Positions 29,252 to 39,965 are shown, counted from the stretch's first letter. The stretch: DNA of 64,000 bases from Candidatus Wirthbacteria bacterium (GCA_903889905.1 CAISZI010000047.1:16096-80095), one strand, 5' to 3'. The notes: generated by a model from the sequence alone, not told the origin. Made by a program: numbers and translations.

Positions 29252-31669
29252 CTACTTGACTGGCGCTTGCTTGACTGAGCTGTTGATAACCCCACTTTGC
29301 GTTGCGTTGAGCTGGTCCTGAAAAGGTTGCAAAGTAGCGGTATCAGTTGCTTGCACGGCCCTGAGGTGATTGGCGACAGTCAACAAATCCGCTTCGGCCA
29401 AAACAGTCGTCAGGGCAATGTAACCGTCTGTTGTCTTCCACACCAGAACCAGGTGAGGCACTGCTTTTGTTTGTCCGGGGTAAGTAAAAGGATAAAGAAA
29501 AGCGCTGCTGCTGCCAACCTTGACTGTTTTGCTGGAAATTTTGTCCAGGTTATCATAACCATAAGATTTCAAAATTGCCTGTGTGGGATCAGTTTGGGTT
29601 TGCTCAATACTGAGGTATACAGCATCCGCAATTCCAGTTGGCGGGATCAAATCGTAATCTGAACGCAGGGTTCCAATACCGCTGCAGTAGACACCGGTCA
29701 GCTGGGCGGCCATGCCCAATGGTAATTGCTGCGGAACCATGAGTGGCAGCTGTTTTGCAGTTAAAACTTGTTGGATGGTTGGCAAGCTAATACTTTTGGC
29801 CAACGCCACCTGATGATCGGCAACTTGTTGCAGCAAAAGAATTTGTGCTTGATCAGTGGGCCCTAAACGAACCAGCTGGCTTGCAGCAGCAAGCACATCC
29901 TGTTCACCCAATCCGGTGCCAACCAGGTCAAAATATATCCCATTTTCCTCCCAGCTGAGATCAATTGCTGCATCGGTCGTTGCCATGGCAGTTTCCATCA
30001 ATTTGGCAGTAGTGCCACGCACCTGGACAGTTTTTGTCAACACTGACTGACTTTTTGCGTCTGTTGAAGTTCCAAGTCCAAGAGAATGACTACTATGAAT
30101 GGTAGAAGCACCAAAGCGCAGAGTCTGAACCACTGTTGGCGGAGCGCAAGACGCCACCGGATCTGAACCATAATTGCTGTAATTCAAACTAAATAATTGC
30201 CCCAACTGACTATTTGCCGTATCGATCATCTGCTGCCACATTGCCGGACTCATGAAATCTTGCTGATTGGCAGGCCTCCCAATTTCACTATCCGTATAAT
30301 CGACATATTGTAATTCCAACCCTTTGGGCACACTCCCCAGCACAAACACTCCGGTTTTGGCAGTTGTCACCAGCTGCAGCATAGCAACTTTCAAATTGTC
30401 TAAACTGTGCTGCTGCGCCGCGAGATAAGCACTGGTCAAGTCAACAATTTCAACTCCCGCAGGTACCCTGAACTGAAACACGCGGCCAGCTTCGGATTTA
30501 TCAATCGTTTCGGATGTCAAATTCTCGGAACGGTAAAGCAGCGACTGTTTGCCATCGATTTCCACGTACTCTTCATATTTGACGCGCTCAAACGTATTTT
30601 TATCCACCCAAAAGTTGTCGCTGACTCGCCCCCCAATCGGATTGCCAGCCGTGCCGCTGACTGTGCCACCACCAATATTATTCATCGCCACTCCAAAATC
30701 AGACGCTGGTGGACTGGTATAGCTGTACTGTAACCGATAAGTCTGGTGGGCATTGACAGGTTCTTCACCCAACACCTTGACGTCACCATACAGATCCTTG
30801 AGCTTGGTCAAGGTATTGGTTTCGATTTGCGCATTGGCCTGCGCGGCACTGCTGGCAGGGGCATTTTGCGCAGTATTGTAAAGGATGGGAGTCGACGTAT
30901 TGGTCATGGTTGAAGAGTTAGCTGCCAAATCATCACCATAGAGCAATTGCGTGTTTTCTTTAGAAGCTTTTTTGGCACCCCCCATGTAAGTCCAATCCCA
31001 TCCATCTTTGTGCATCATCATATCGGTGACTTTGCCAGACTGGTCGGAAGCGATGGTATAGCTCCATTCGCCAAAATTCCAGGTTTCGTTGTTGGAAGTC
31101 TGACAATGGTAATCGCCCGTTTCGTCCCCTTTTGCAGTCACCTGCGGCGGAGCGTTCTGCCACTCCAGTGGCATGGCGCTGCTGGAACAAGTCGTAATGC
31201 GCTCGACGACGTGCTGGATGGCAATATTTTGGGAGGAATGGGTACTTAATTTGTTGACCGCATTGGTCAAAATCGTCTGGGCCGAAACTACCTGGCGTTT
31301 GAACACGCCCTTGATCTCCGGCGCAAAGACGACGTAAGCGCCAATACCCAGCACCAGGATCACCATCGCAGCCAAACGAAACAGATGAATAGCCCTACGA
31401 CTAATTGTCCACACGTGTCTTTGCTTGCCTGGTTGGGGTACTTGTTGGTCTGCGGATAAATCTTTGTTGACCAGTTGTTCCTGAATGCGGGTCTTTAACG
31501 CCTGATAAAAAGCGGGACGCGAGTCATACGCCTGTCGTTGCTCCAAAAATGCTTGCAGCAATGTCGCTTCCTCGGCCGAAAGCGGCGGCAATTCGTGCTT
31601 TCTGCCCTGCAATAACACATCCAAATACAGATCAATTTTTTCTAAACTTTGCCTTGGTATGGAATTCAT
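29252..31669 (-). CDS. Large membrane-spanning putative anti-sigma factor with LolA/RseB-like and DUF4367-like extracytoplasmic domains
   Basis: ATG 31669 overlaps the sigma stop (ATGA); about 95-aa cytoplasmic part, one TM, about 690-aa outside region with FWVDKNTF..VK, F.F.VPAG.E.VD and two L.W..G..(I/F).L repeats. Confidence 0.7.
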   Translation of the reverse strand: MNSIPRQSLEKIDLYLDVLLQGRKHELPPLSAEEATLLQAFLEQRQAYDSRPAFYQALKTRIQEQLVNKDLSADQQVPQPGKQRHVWTISRRAIHLFRLAAMVILVLGIGAYVVFAPEIKGVFKRQVVSAQTILTNAVNKLSTHSSQNIAIQHVVERITTCSSSAMPLEWQNAPPQVTAKGDETGDYHCQTSNNETWNFGEWSYTIASDQSGKVTDMMMHKDGWDWTYMGGAKKASKENTQLLYGDDLAANSSTMTNTSTPILYNTAQNAPASSAAQANAQIETNTLTKLKDLYGDVKVLGEEPVNAHQTYRLQYSYTSPPASDFGVAMNNIGGGTVSGTAGNPIGGRVSDNFWVDKNTFERVKYEEYVEIDGKQSLLYRSENLTSETIDKSEAGRVFQFRVPAGVEIVDLTSAYLAAQQHSLDNLKVAMLQLVTTAKTGVFVLGSVPKGLELQYVDYTDSEIGRPANQQDFMSPAMWQQMIDTANSQLGQLFSLNYSNYGSDPVASCAPPTVVQTLRFGASTIHSSHSLGLGTSTDAKSQSVLTKTVQVRGTTAKLMETAMATTDAAIDLSWEENGIYFDLVGTGLGEQDVLAAASQLVRLGPTDQAQILLLQQVADHQVALAKSISLPTIQQVLTAKQLPLMVPQQLPLGMAAQLTGVYCSGIGTLRSDYDLIPPTGIADAVYLSIEQTQTDPTQAILKSYGYDNLDKISSKTVKVGSSSAFLYPFTYPGQTKAVPHLVLVWKTTDGYIALTTVLAEADLLTVANHLRAVQATDTATLQPFQDQLNATQSGVINSSVKQAPVK

Positions 31670-32232
31670 GGATTGCCCTCCGGCATGAGAAATTGGGGAC
31701 CGACTTGACGCAGGGTCTGCAGTGCCCTGTATTGCCAAACTTTAATGTTATTTTCACTGGTAGCCAACGTTGCTGCGGTTTCCTCTCGCGTCAGATTGCG
31801 ATAAAACCGCCAGTACACTACTTTGGCCTGTTGCTCAGGCAGTACTTTGAGCAGTTGCGTAAGAATGGTTTCATCCGACAGATCTATCGCTGGACGCTGC
31901 TTGCCATGCTCGACAAAGGACTCTTCGCCCTTGGTTTCCAGCAACAAATCAATGGATTCAACCGGCATCTGGTAATGCTGTAACCAAAAGGTTTTGATTT
32001 TATTCGCCGTGATGCCAAAAAGCCAGGCACGGAAAGTAGCGGTCAGCGTCACGTGGCGCAACTCTTCGCAAACACTCAAAAATACATCCTGTGTGATGTC
32101 CTCGGCTTCAGTCGCAGAACTGACTTTCTGACGGACAAAACGGTAAAGTGGCAAAAAATACCGCTCATAAAGTTGAACAAAAGCTTCGTCCTGGCCATTT
32201 TGAAAGCTGCTTACCAGCTGCTCATCATGCAT
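31666..32232 (-). CDS. ECF RNA polymerase sigma-70 factor
   Basis: DEQLV..Q.G..AF..LYERY, AEDITQDVF, FRAWLFGI, region 4 LP.QQ..V..R....NIKV.QYRAL. Confidence 0.92.
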   Translation of the reverse strand: MHDEQLVSSFQNGQDEAFVQLYERYFLPLYRFVRQKVSSATEAEDITQDVFLSVCEELRHVTLTATFRAWLFGITANKIKTFWLQHYQMPVESIDLLLETKGEESFVEHGKQRPAIDLSDETILTQLLKVLPEQQAKVVYWRFYRNLTREETAATLATSENNIKVWQYRALQTLRQVGPQFLMPEGNP

Positions 32233-32321
32233 TGCAATCCATGTTTTAATTGGCTTTCCACAAATGAAGTATGCAAGACGGGTACAGCCCCACCCACCAC
32301 CGGCTTAAACCACCAACGCTG

Positions 32322-33287
32322 TCAGCCATGTGACGCCAGATAGTCATCCACAAATTCTTGCCCCTTCCTTGAATTTGCCATGGCCCAATCCCTGATGGCC
32401 TCAATGCCTTCCCGATGCTTTTCCTGCGCCGTTGCTTGTGCTGCCGCGATAATTCGTTGCCAAGTTGGCGTAAATTCAGGGTTGTTGCCCACCAACGCTG
32501 CGATCACCGCGTCCGATTGCAGTGTTTGCATCGGCCTTCGATTCCAATACAGCAAATCGTCGACGGCGGCATACTCATGACGATAAACTTCGTCAGGTGG
32601 ATACGATGTCGCGCTGTCAGAAAAAAGTGGTTTGGCAGAATGCGGCAAAGAGAGACGGCTTTCTTGCACCTCGGTATAAAGGAGATTGCGTTGAACGCCG
32701 GTCTGGCCGCACTGGTTGATTAAATCCGCCAGATTCAAAAGCAGGATATTGGTAAAAATTTCAGGTGCCCTGTGTTGCAGTGCACTGAGTTGTGACAGCA
32801 CTGCATGCTTGTGTTCACGGTGATTGTCGGCATGTAGAACACCGGCGGCACCATGCAACATACAAGCCATGTGCAGTTCTTCCCAGGGAATGTTTCCCCT
32901 TAGCTGCTGTTTGCGGTAAATGTCACCCAGGGCCACTGAACCAAGCTCAGCGTGCAAACCATCGCTGCTGCCGGGCGCCATGTGATAATAACCAACGTCA
33001 TGAAATAGACATTGCTTGAACAGCGCCCGTTTCCGTTCTGGTGGTAACTCCAACCCGGCACGGGTGGAGATTTCGATCGCTGTCCTGAAATTACTACAGG
33101 CGTGGGCGAGGTCATGCACACCATCATGCGGAAGATGCTCCGCCGCGGTCCGAAGTAGTCCCTGCAATTCCGCGGCATCAAACAGCTCACCAATCCAGGC
33201 TGTAACTTCCACTTCCAACCACACGCTATCCTCGTCCTGCCGGGTGCCCTCCTCCGACCAAGTTGTTTCAGCTTCTTTGTCCACCAT
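32322..33287 (-). CDS. HD-domain protein
   Basis: HDLAH, LFHDVGY, HA..G, MLH, LADL metal-binding pattern. Confidence 0.7.
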   Translation of the reverse strand: MVDKEAETTWSEEGTRQDEDSVWLEVEVTAWIGELFDAAELQGLLRTAAEHLPHDGVHDLAHACSNFRTAIEISTRAGLELPPERKRALFKQCLFHDVGYYHMAPGSSDGLHAELGSVALGDIYRKQQLRGNIPWEELHMACMLHGAAGVLHADNHREHKHAVLSQLSALQHRAPEIFTNILLLNLADLINQCGQTGVQRNLLYTEVQESRLSLPHSAKPLFSDSATSYPPDEVYRHEYAAVDDLLYWNRRPMQTLQSDAVIAALVGNNPEFTPTWQRIIAAAQATAQEKHREGIEAIRDWAMANSRKGQEFVDDYLASHG

Positions 33288-33363
33288 CGTTCAGGATTAA
33301 AAGGTAAGGGCACCATGTTAACACAAAACTGACGCTTGCTTCATTTCTTTTGGCGACTCTAAT

Positions 33364-33395
33364 TACTTGACATGTTAACTATTTACATTTATAGT
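33364..33395 (+). promoter_or_regulatory. Sigma70 promoter TTGACA-17-TATAGT overlapped by imperfect palindrome TACTTGACATGTTAACTA (candidate MarR operator)
   Basis: -35 at 33367-33372, -10 at 33390-33395; dyad centred on ACATGT; MarR gene in the downstream operon. Confidence 0.65.
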
Positions 33396-33428
33396 ATGAG
33401 ATGCAAAATTACTTTAACGGAGAAACCT

Positions 33429-34040
33429 ATGTCTTACGAACAAATTCCCGACCAAGCAACGATCACTGCCACGATTGACGCGCTCAAGGCAAACGGCATG
33501 AACGCCCAGTTCGTCGCCACAGCGGCCGACGCCAAAGCCAAAGTGCTGGAAATGATTCCTACAGGCTCTGAAGTTATGACCATGAGCTCCCAAACCCTGC
33601 TCGAAACAGGTATTGCCCAGGCTATTAACGAGAGCGGCAAGTTTGTCTCATTGCACAAACAGCTTTATTCTCTGGACCGCGCCAAAGACGGACAGCGCAT
33701 GCAGGAAATCGGTGCCGCGCCACCCATCACCATTGGCAGCGTTCAGGCGATCTCAGCCAAAGGCGCAGTGATGATTGCTTCCATGACCGGCAGTCAACTT
33801 GGTGCTTATTCCTACGGCGCCGGCAAAGTCATCTGGGTCGTGGGTGCCCAAAAGCTCGTTACCGACCTGATGCAGGCTATGGATCGGCTGGAAAAATATG
33901 TGCTGCCACTCGAAAGCGAACGCGCACACAAAGCCTATGGCGTTCCCGGCAGTGTCATTGCCAAAGTTTTGCTGGTCAACAAAGAAATCACCCCGGGCCG
34001 TATCGAAGTCATCATTGTTGGCGAAAAGTTAGGTTATTAA
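33429..34040 (+). CDS. LUD domain (LutC/YkgG-like) protein
   Basis: S.TL.E.G, GSVQAIS..G..IAS.TGSQL, VVGAQKLV, LPLE..R. Confidence 0.85.
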   Translation: MSYEQIPDQATITATIDALKANGMNAQFVATAADAKAKVLEMIPTGSEVMTMSSQTLLETGIAQAINESGKFVSLHKQLYSLDRAKDGQRMQEIGAAPPITIGSVQAISAKGAVMIASMTGSQLGAYSYGAGKVIWVVGAQKLVTDLMQAMDRLEKYVLPLESERAHKAYGVPGSVIAKVLLVNKEITPGRIEVIIVGEKLGY

Positions 34041-34057
34041 CATGACTGGAGGTCGAC

Positions 34058-34540
34058 ATGACCTCAGCCCAATGCCAGATGTACCGGCAGATCTCTTATA
34101 ATCTGTATATTGCTTTCATCCTACATCAGCGGCATACGGAGCAGATCCTGCGCGATGAATTAAACCTGTCTTTCTCGTTCTTTATGATTTTGATGGCAGT
34201 TGACCGGGATTCCGTCCATTGTCAAAAACACATTGCGACGTTTCTGCAACTCACCCCAGCTGCCATCAGCCGCCAGGTTAACCTGCTGGTCAAGGATAAA
34301 CTGATCAAACGGCGTGTCAATGCCAAAAACCGCCGCGAATACTCGCTCGAACTAACGGATACAGGCAAACAAAACCTCGACAAAGCCTATCAAGCATTGG
34401 ATCGGCACCGCGCCAAAATGCTCAACGACATAGCCTGCACAGATCTGGATCAACTGAATAACTTCCTGATCAACCTGATCGCTCACCTTGGACCGAATGA
34501 TAATCCCCTGCTGCAGTTTCAGCAGGAGGGTTTAAATTAA
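34058..34540 (+). CDS. MarR family transcriptional regulator
   Basis: Q..IA..L.LTPAAISR.V..L, NRR...L.LT..G; GGAGG SD. Confidence 0.9.
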   Translation: MTSAQCQMYRQISYNLYIAFILHQRHTEQILRDELNLSFSFFMILMAVDRDSVHCQKHIATFLQLTPAAISRQVNLLVKDKLIKRRVNAKNRREYSLELTDTGKQNLDKAYQALDRHRAKMLNDIACTDLDQLNNFLINLIAHLGPNDNPLLQFQQEGLN

Positions 34541-34565
34541 TTAATAAATTATCACTAACTTAGAC

Positions 34566-35831
34566 ATGAACAATCGTAAAAGGGTTTTACCCCTCATTTT
34601 GCTCACAATCTTCGTGGATCTGCTTGGCTATGGAATATTGATACCCGTCATCCCACTGCTGCTGGCTGCGCCGCGATCCCCCTATTACCTGCTGCCACAT
34701 GGATGGACGATGAGTCAGGGCTTTATCCTGCTTGGGTACCTCTCAGCTATTTATCCACTGATGCAGTTTATTGCCACGCCTATTTTGGGCGAACTCTCGG
34801 ACAAATACGGCCGCAAAAAACTGCTCGCGATTTCCCTGGGTGGAACATGTATCTCCTATGTACTGTTTGCCATTGGCATATTGACCAAAAACATCCCACT
34901 GCTTTTCTTTTCCCGCGCCCTGGATGGCATCACGGGTGGCAATATTTCCGTCGCCCAAGCTGCACTGGCCGACATCACCGAACCCAAAGATCGCGCCAAA
35001 ACATTTGGCATGATTGGGGCAGCTTTTGGCCTTGGTTTTATTATCGGTCCGTACATTGGTGGCAAGTTATCCGACCCAGGTATCGTCAGTTGGTTTAATG
35101 CGGCAACACCGTTTTGGTTTGCTGCAGTCCTAAGCCTGATCAATACGACCAGCATCATTTTGTTCTTTAGTGAAACACTGCAACAGAAGAAAAAAGACCT
35201 CAAAATCACCCTGACCAAAGCGGTTACCAATATTTACCGCGCCTTTAGCATGCAAAACATCCGTGCTGTGCTGCTGAGCCAGTTCTTCCTCCAGGGAGGA
35301 TTCGCCTTTTTCACCACGTTTTTCTCGGTCTATCTGATCAACAAATTCGGCTTTACCCAGGGACGCATTGGTGACTTCTTCTCGTATGTTGGGCTGTGGG
35401 TCGTGGTCGCACAGGCATTTATCCTGCGTCTGGTGACCAAGCGCTTCAAAGAACCAGAAATCCTGCGTGTCAGCCTGCTTGGCTTTGCGGTATTTATCTA
35501 CCTCAACATTGTACCGACGCACAGTTGGCAGATTTTCCTGGTCACGCCGTTATTTGCTATCTTCAATGGTCTCAGCCAAGCCAACATGACCAGTCTGGTC
35601 AGCAAATCAGCCGACGCCTCTGTTCAAGGTGAAATGCTGGGCATCAACGCCTCGATCCAATCGCTCGCCATGAGTATCCCCCCGATTTTATCCGGGTATA
35701 TCGCTGCCAACCTCGAACCTAATGCACCGATCATTGTCTCGGCGGCCACCATCTTTGTGGCCTGGTTATGCTTTGTGTTGTGGTATAAACCACGTCCTGT
35801 GGCAAAACCGGAATGGGTTGAAAAATCCTAA
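34566..35831 (+). CDS. MFS efflux transporter, TetA/DHA1-like
   Basis: D..G.GI.IPV.P, LGELSDKYGRK, R.LDGITGGN.SVAQA..ADIT, GLGFIIGP. Confidence 0.9.
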   Translation: MNNRKRVLPLILLTIFVDLLGYGILIPVIPLLLAAPRSPYYLLPHGWTMSQGFILLGYLSAIYPLMQFIATPILGELSDKYGRKKLLAISLGGTCISYVLFAIGILTKNIPLLFFSRALDGITGGNISVAQAALADITEPKDRAKTFGMIGAAFGLGFIIGPYIGGKLSDPGIVSWFNAATPFWFAAVLSLINTTSIILFFSETLQQKKKDLKITLTKAVTNIYRAFSMQNIRAVLLSQFFLQGGFAFFTTFFSVYLINKFGFTQGRIGDFFSYVGLWVVVAQAFILRLVTKRFKEPEILRVSLLGFAVFIYLNIVPTHSWQIFLVTPLFAIFNGLSQANMTSLVSKSADASVQGEMLGINASIQSLAMSIPPILSGYIAANLEPNAPIIVSAATIFVAWLCFVLWYKPRPVAKPEWVEKS

Positions 35832-36136
35832 AACCAATCAACTGATGCATCACTAGATTCACTTCGATGACAACGTCCATACCCCAGCGAGATCAAAACA
35901 GCGTCTAAATTCACCAATATTGGCTCAATTCTCTCTCTCCATCCCCTGGGACGAAGATCCAATAATGACAAAAGCAATTGACAGCAATCAACTCCTGCAT
36001 TGGCTTGGATTCTTTCCTCGTATAAGGCGGGTTGATCTTCATCCCCCTCCACACTCAAGGTAAAATTATGCTCTATTTGAGTGAGCGCTTTTTTAAATTG
36101 AGCGGATTCCCAGCTAACATCAAGAAATTCTTGCAC
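35828..36136 (-). CDS. Hypothetical protein, possibly a 5'-truncated gene remnant
   Basis: AT-richer ORF filling the gap; frame stays open upstream to about 36190 without an ATG. Confidence 0.35.
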   Translation of the reverse strand: MQEFLDVSWESAQFKKALTQIEHNFTLSVEGDEDQPALYEERIQANAGVDCCQLLLSLLDLRPRGWRERIEPILVNLDAVLISLGYGRCHRSESSDASVDWF

Positions 36137-36326
36137 TAGTTGTGATTGATAAATGTAATCGATTGTCCACCCCCGCAGATGACTAAAAAATCAGGTAGCT
36201 ATTTTAGCACATCGCAGCAGAAATGCTTATAAATGCACTAGTCTCTGGCCAAGTATTAATACTCACCCTAAATTAGTGCAAGTAATCATACAATTCCCGC
36301 GTTAAATCCAAACTGTCAAAACAAAC

Positions 36327-36354
36327 TTGACGCGGCGGGCTCCTGTGTTACTCT
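36327..36354 (+). promoter_or_regulatory. Sigma70 promoter for PFOR (TTGACG-16-TACTCT with extended -10 TG)
   Basis: Motif spacing, followed by AAGGAG SD and ATG 36391. Confidence 0.55.
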
Positions 36355-36390
36355 ATATTGAGAGGTCTAACCAAAACCAAAGGAGCCCTG

Positions 36391-39300
36391 ATGCCCAAAA
36401 ACATGATCACGATCGATGGGAATACCGCTGCCGCCCACGTCGCGTACGGATTCAGTGAAGTTGCAGCCATTTACCCCATCACGCCATCATCGACTATGGG
36501 CGAACTGGCTGACGAATGGGCCAGCCACAAAAAAAAGAACATGTTTGGCGAAATCGTCCGCGTCGTCGAGATGCAGTCCGAAGCGGGTGCTGCAGGTGCC
36601 ATTCATGGCTCACTTTCGGCAGGTGCACTGACCACAACATTTACAGCTTCGCAAGGCCTGCTGCTGATGCTGCCCAACATGTTCAAAATTGCCGGCGAAC
36701 TGCTGCCGACCGTTTTCCATATTGCAGCAAGAAGTCTCGCCTACCATTCTCTCTCCATCTACGGTGACCATTCCGATGTCATGGCCGCACGCTCGACCGG
36801 TTTTGCCATGCTGGCTTCGGGATCGGTACAGGAAGTCAATGACCTGGCCATGGTGGCACACCTCTCAACGCTTGCAACCCGCGTCCCTTTTCTGCACTTC
36901 TTTGATGGTTTCCGCACCTCCAGCGAAGTCCAGAAAGTCGACCAGATCGATTACGCCACCATGAAAACCCTCGTGGACATGGCCAAAATCCGGGAATTCC
37001 GCGACGCAGCGCTCAAACCCGAACATCCGTATTCCAAAGTCGGCGCCCAGAATCCCGACGTTTATTTCCAGGGTCGTGAAGCCTCCAACAGCTATTACAA
37101 TGCCGTGCCCGCCGCGGTCAAACAATTCATGGCCAAGGTCAAAGACCTGACCGGCCGCGAATACAATTTGTTTGACTACGTTGGCGCGCCTGATGCAACC
37201 AAGATCATCGTCTCCATGGGTTCCTCAATCGAAACCGTGGAAGAAACCGTCAAATACCTCAATGCCAAAGGCGACAAAGTGGGTCTGGTCAAAGTCCGCC
37301 TGTTCCGTCCTTTCAGCGTCGAAGACATTATCAAAGTGATCCCGGCAAGCGTCCGCAAGATTGCTGTCCTGGATCGCACCAAGGAATCCGGCGCCATTGG
37401 CGAACCGCTCTACATGGACGTGGTCACAGCGCTCAAGGATCGCAAGGATACCCTCATCATCGGCGGACGCTACGGACTTTCGTCCAAGGAATTCACGCCT
37501 TCCATGGCCAAAGTAGTCTTTGACCACCTCGACAACAAAGCTTTCCATAGTTTCACGGTTGGTATTGATGACGACGTGACGCACCTCAGCATTCCAGTCA
37601 ACGAAGAAATCGAAGCCGAGCCAGCTGATGTGACCCGTTGCATGTTCTGGGGACTTGGATCGGACGGTACCGTGGGCGCCAACAAGAATTCGATCAAGAT
37701 CATTGGTGAATCCACGGACATGAACGCCCAGGGGTACTTTGCCTACGACAGCCACAAATCTGGCGGTATCACGGTTTCACACCTCCGATTTGGCAAAAGC
37801 GAAATTCACGCGCCCTACTTGATAGCTCATGCCGACTTTATTGCCCTGCACAATTACGCCTTTATTGGCAAATATCCGGTGTTGGACAACATCAAAGACG
37901 GTGGCACCTTTCTACTCAATGCTCCCTGGCCCAAAGAAGAAGCCTTTAACCACCTCACCCGCGACATGCAACAACTGATCATCGACAAACATGTCAAATT
38001 CTATGTCATCGACGCTGATGCGATTGCCAAAGAAGTCGGGCTCAAGGGCCGCATCAACACCGTCATGCAAGCCGCCTTCTTTGAAATTTCCAACGTTTTA
38101 CCCAAAGATGAAGCGATTGAGTTGATCAAAAAATACATTCACAAAACCTTTGAACGCAAAGGCGACGAAATTGTGCAGATGAACTGGAACGCCGTGGACA
38201 AAGCTTCCGAGGCACTGGATCCCGTGCATGTCCCAGACCAGATCACCTCGTTTGCGGCCGAGAAGGAAAGCATTCACGACGCCATGGCCTTTGCCATGGA
38301 CGTCATCTCGCCGATCATCCGCATGAAAGGCGATAGCATCCCGGTTTCCAAAATGCCTGTGGACGGCAAAGTCCCCACCGGCACCACCAGACTAGAAAAA
38401 CGCGGCGTGGCCAAGGAAATCCCGCATTGGCTCAGTGAAAAATGCATTCAGTGTGGCACCTGTTCCTTTGTCTGCCCGCATGCCGCCATCCGCATCAAAC
38501 AAATCGAACCTGACAAATTAAATGGCGCTCCCACCAGTTTCAACACATTAAAATCCACGACCAAAAACGAACGCAACCTGATGTTCAAAGTCCAGGTATT
38601 TCCCGAAGACTGCACTGGCTGCGGACTGTGCATCAATAGCTGTCCCAAACAGGCACTTGAGTACCGCCCCATAGAAGGCGAACGTCAAGCCGGCGAAAAT
38701 GCCAACGAAGCCTTCTTCGAAGCTTTACCCGACAACATCACTGACGGCACTGTGCTTGCCACGATCAAAGGCAGCCAACTCAAAAAGCCACTCTTTGAAT
38801 TCTCCGGCGCCTGCGACGGTTGCGGTGAAACACCCTACATCAAATTGCTCACCCAGCTCTTTGGCGAACGTATGATCATTGCCAATGCCACAGGTTGTAC
38901 GTCCATTGTCAGCGGCACATTCCCCACGATTCCCTACACCAAACTCGCCGACGGCCGCGGTCCCGCCTGGGCCAACTCATTGTTTGAAGACAATGCCGAA
39001 TACGGTCTCGGCATGCGCGTCGCCGTGGATGCCAACCGCGACAAACTCAAAAACAACATCACCCAGTTCATGGCCGAAGCGGGTTATGACACGCTCAGGG
39101 GATTATTTCAGCAATCGTTGGACAACTGGTCGGACAATTCCGATGCCGCCTATCAGCGGTCGCTCGCGACCAAGGCAGAAATTGCCAACATGATGCAATA
39201 CGCGCAGGGCAATGCCCGGGAATTCCTGATCGTGATCGACGAACTCCAAGACTACCTTATGGACAAATCCGTCTGGTGCATTGGTGGTGACGGCTGGGCC

Positions 39301-39957
39301 TATGACATCGGTTTTGGTGGCCTCGACCATGTCCTCGCCTCTAACCATAAACTCAAAATTCTCGTGCTGGACACAGAAGTCTACTCCAACACCGGTGGCC
39401 AGGCCTCCAAAGCTACACCCATGGGTGCCATGGCCAAATTTGCCGCGAGCGGCAAGGAAACCACCAAAAAAAACCTCGGGCTGATGATGATGAGCTATGG
39501 TTACGTTTATGTCGCCTCAGTGGACATGGGCGGCAACCGTATGCAGGTAATCAAAGCCCTGGCCGAAGCCGAAGCTTATGATGGCCCCGCGATTGTCATT
39601 GCCTACGCCACCTGCATCAACCACGGCATCACCATGGCCAATGGTCAGGGAATTGAAAAACGCGCCGCCGACAGTGGCTACTGGCCCATCTATCGCTACA
39701 ACCCGGCACTCGCCAAAGAAGGCAAAAATCCCTTCTCCTTCGAATCCCCCAACATGACCTTCCCCTACATCGACTTCCTCCTGGAAGAAACCCGCTACAA
39801 AGCGCTCCAAAAAGAACAACCCGAACGCGCCGCCGCCCTCTTCAAACTCGCCGAAGAAACCTCCAAAGCCCGCTACGAGTACTACAAAAACCTGGCCTCG
39901 ATCAACCCGATCACTCCGATGGCTACGCCGGTAGCGCCTGCGGCTCCTCAACCGTAA
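36391..39957 (+). CDS. nifJ: Pyruvate:ferredoxin (flavodoxin) oxidoreductase, single chain
   Basis: IYPITPSS, EMQSEAGA, GLGSDGTVGANK, two CxxCxxCxxxCP, FEFSGACxGCGETPY, GGDGWAYDIG. Confidence 0.97.
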   Translation: MPKNMITIDGNTAAAHVAYGFSEVAAIYPITPSSTMGELADEWASHKKKNMFGEIVRVVEMQSEAGAAGAIHGSLSAGALTTTFTASQGLLLMLPNMFKIAGELLPTVFHIAARSLAYHSLSIYGDHSDVMAARSTGFAMLASGSVQEVNDLAMVAHLSTLATRVPFLHFFDGFRTSSEVQKVDQIDYATMKTLVDMAKIREFRDAALKPEHPYSKVGAQNPDVYFQGREASNSYYNAVPAAVKQFMAKVKDLTGREYNLFDYVGAPDATKIIVSMGSSIETVEETVKYLNAKGDKVGLVKVRLFRPFSVEDIIKVIPASVRKIAVLDRTKESGAIGEPLYMDVVTALKDRKDTLIIGGRYGLSSKEFTPSMAKVVFDHLDNKAFHSFTVGIDDDVTHLSIPVNEEIEAEPADVTRCMFWGLGSDGTVGANKNSIKIIGESTDMNAQGYFAYDSHKSGGITVSHLRFGKSEIHAPYLIAHADFIALHNYAFIGKYPVLDNIKDGGTFLLNAPWPKEEAFNHLTRDMQQLIIDKHVKFYVIDADAIAKEVGLKGRINTVMQAAFFEISNVLPKDEAIELIKKYIHKTFERKGDEIVQMNWNAVDKASEALDPVHVPDQITSFAAEKESIHDAMAFAMDVISPIIRMKGDSIPVSKMPVDGKVPTGTTRLEKRGVAKEIPHWLSEKCIQCGTCSFVCPHAAIRIKQIEPDKLNGAPTSFNTLKSTTKNERNLMFKVQVFPEDCTGCGLCINSCPKQALEYRPIEGERQAGENANEAFFEALPDNITDGTVLATIKGSQLKKPLFEFSGACDGCGETPYIKLLTQLFGERMIIANATGCTSIVSGTFPTIPYTKLADGRGPAWANSLFEDNAEYGLGMRVAVDANRDKLKNNITQFMAEAGYDTLRGLFQQSLDNWSDNSDAAYQRSLATKAEIANMMQYAQGNAREFLIVIDELQDYLMDKSVWCIGGDGWAYDIGFGGLDHVLASNHKLKILVLDTEVYSNTGGQASKATPMGAMAKFAASGKETTKKNLGLMMMSYGYVYVASVDMGGNRMQVIKALAEAEAYDGPAIVIAYATCINHGITMANGQGIEKRAADSGYWPIYRYNPALAKEGKNPFSFESPNMTFPYIDFLLEETRYKALQKEQPERAAALFKLAEETSKARYEYYKNLASINPITPMATPVAPAAPQP

Positions 39958-39965
39958 ATTCCCCC

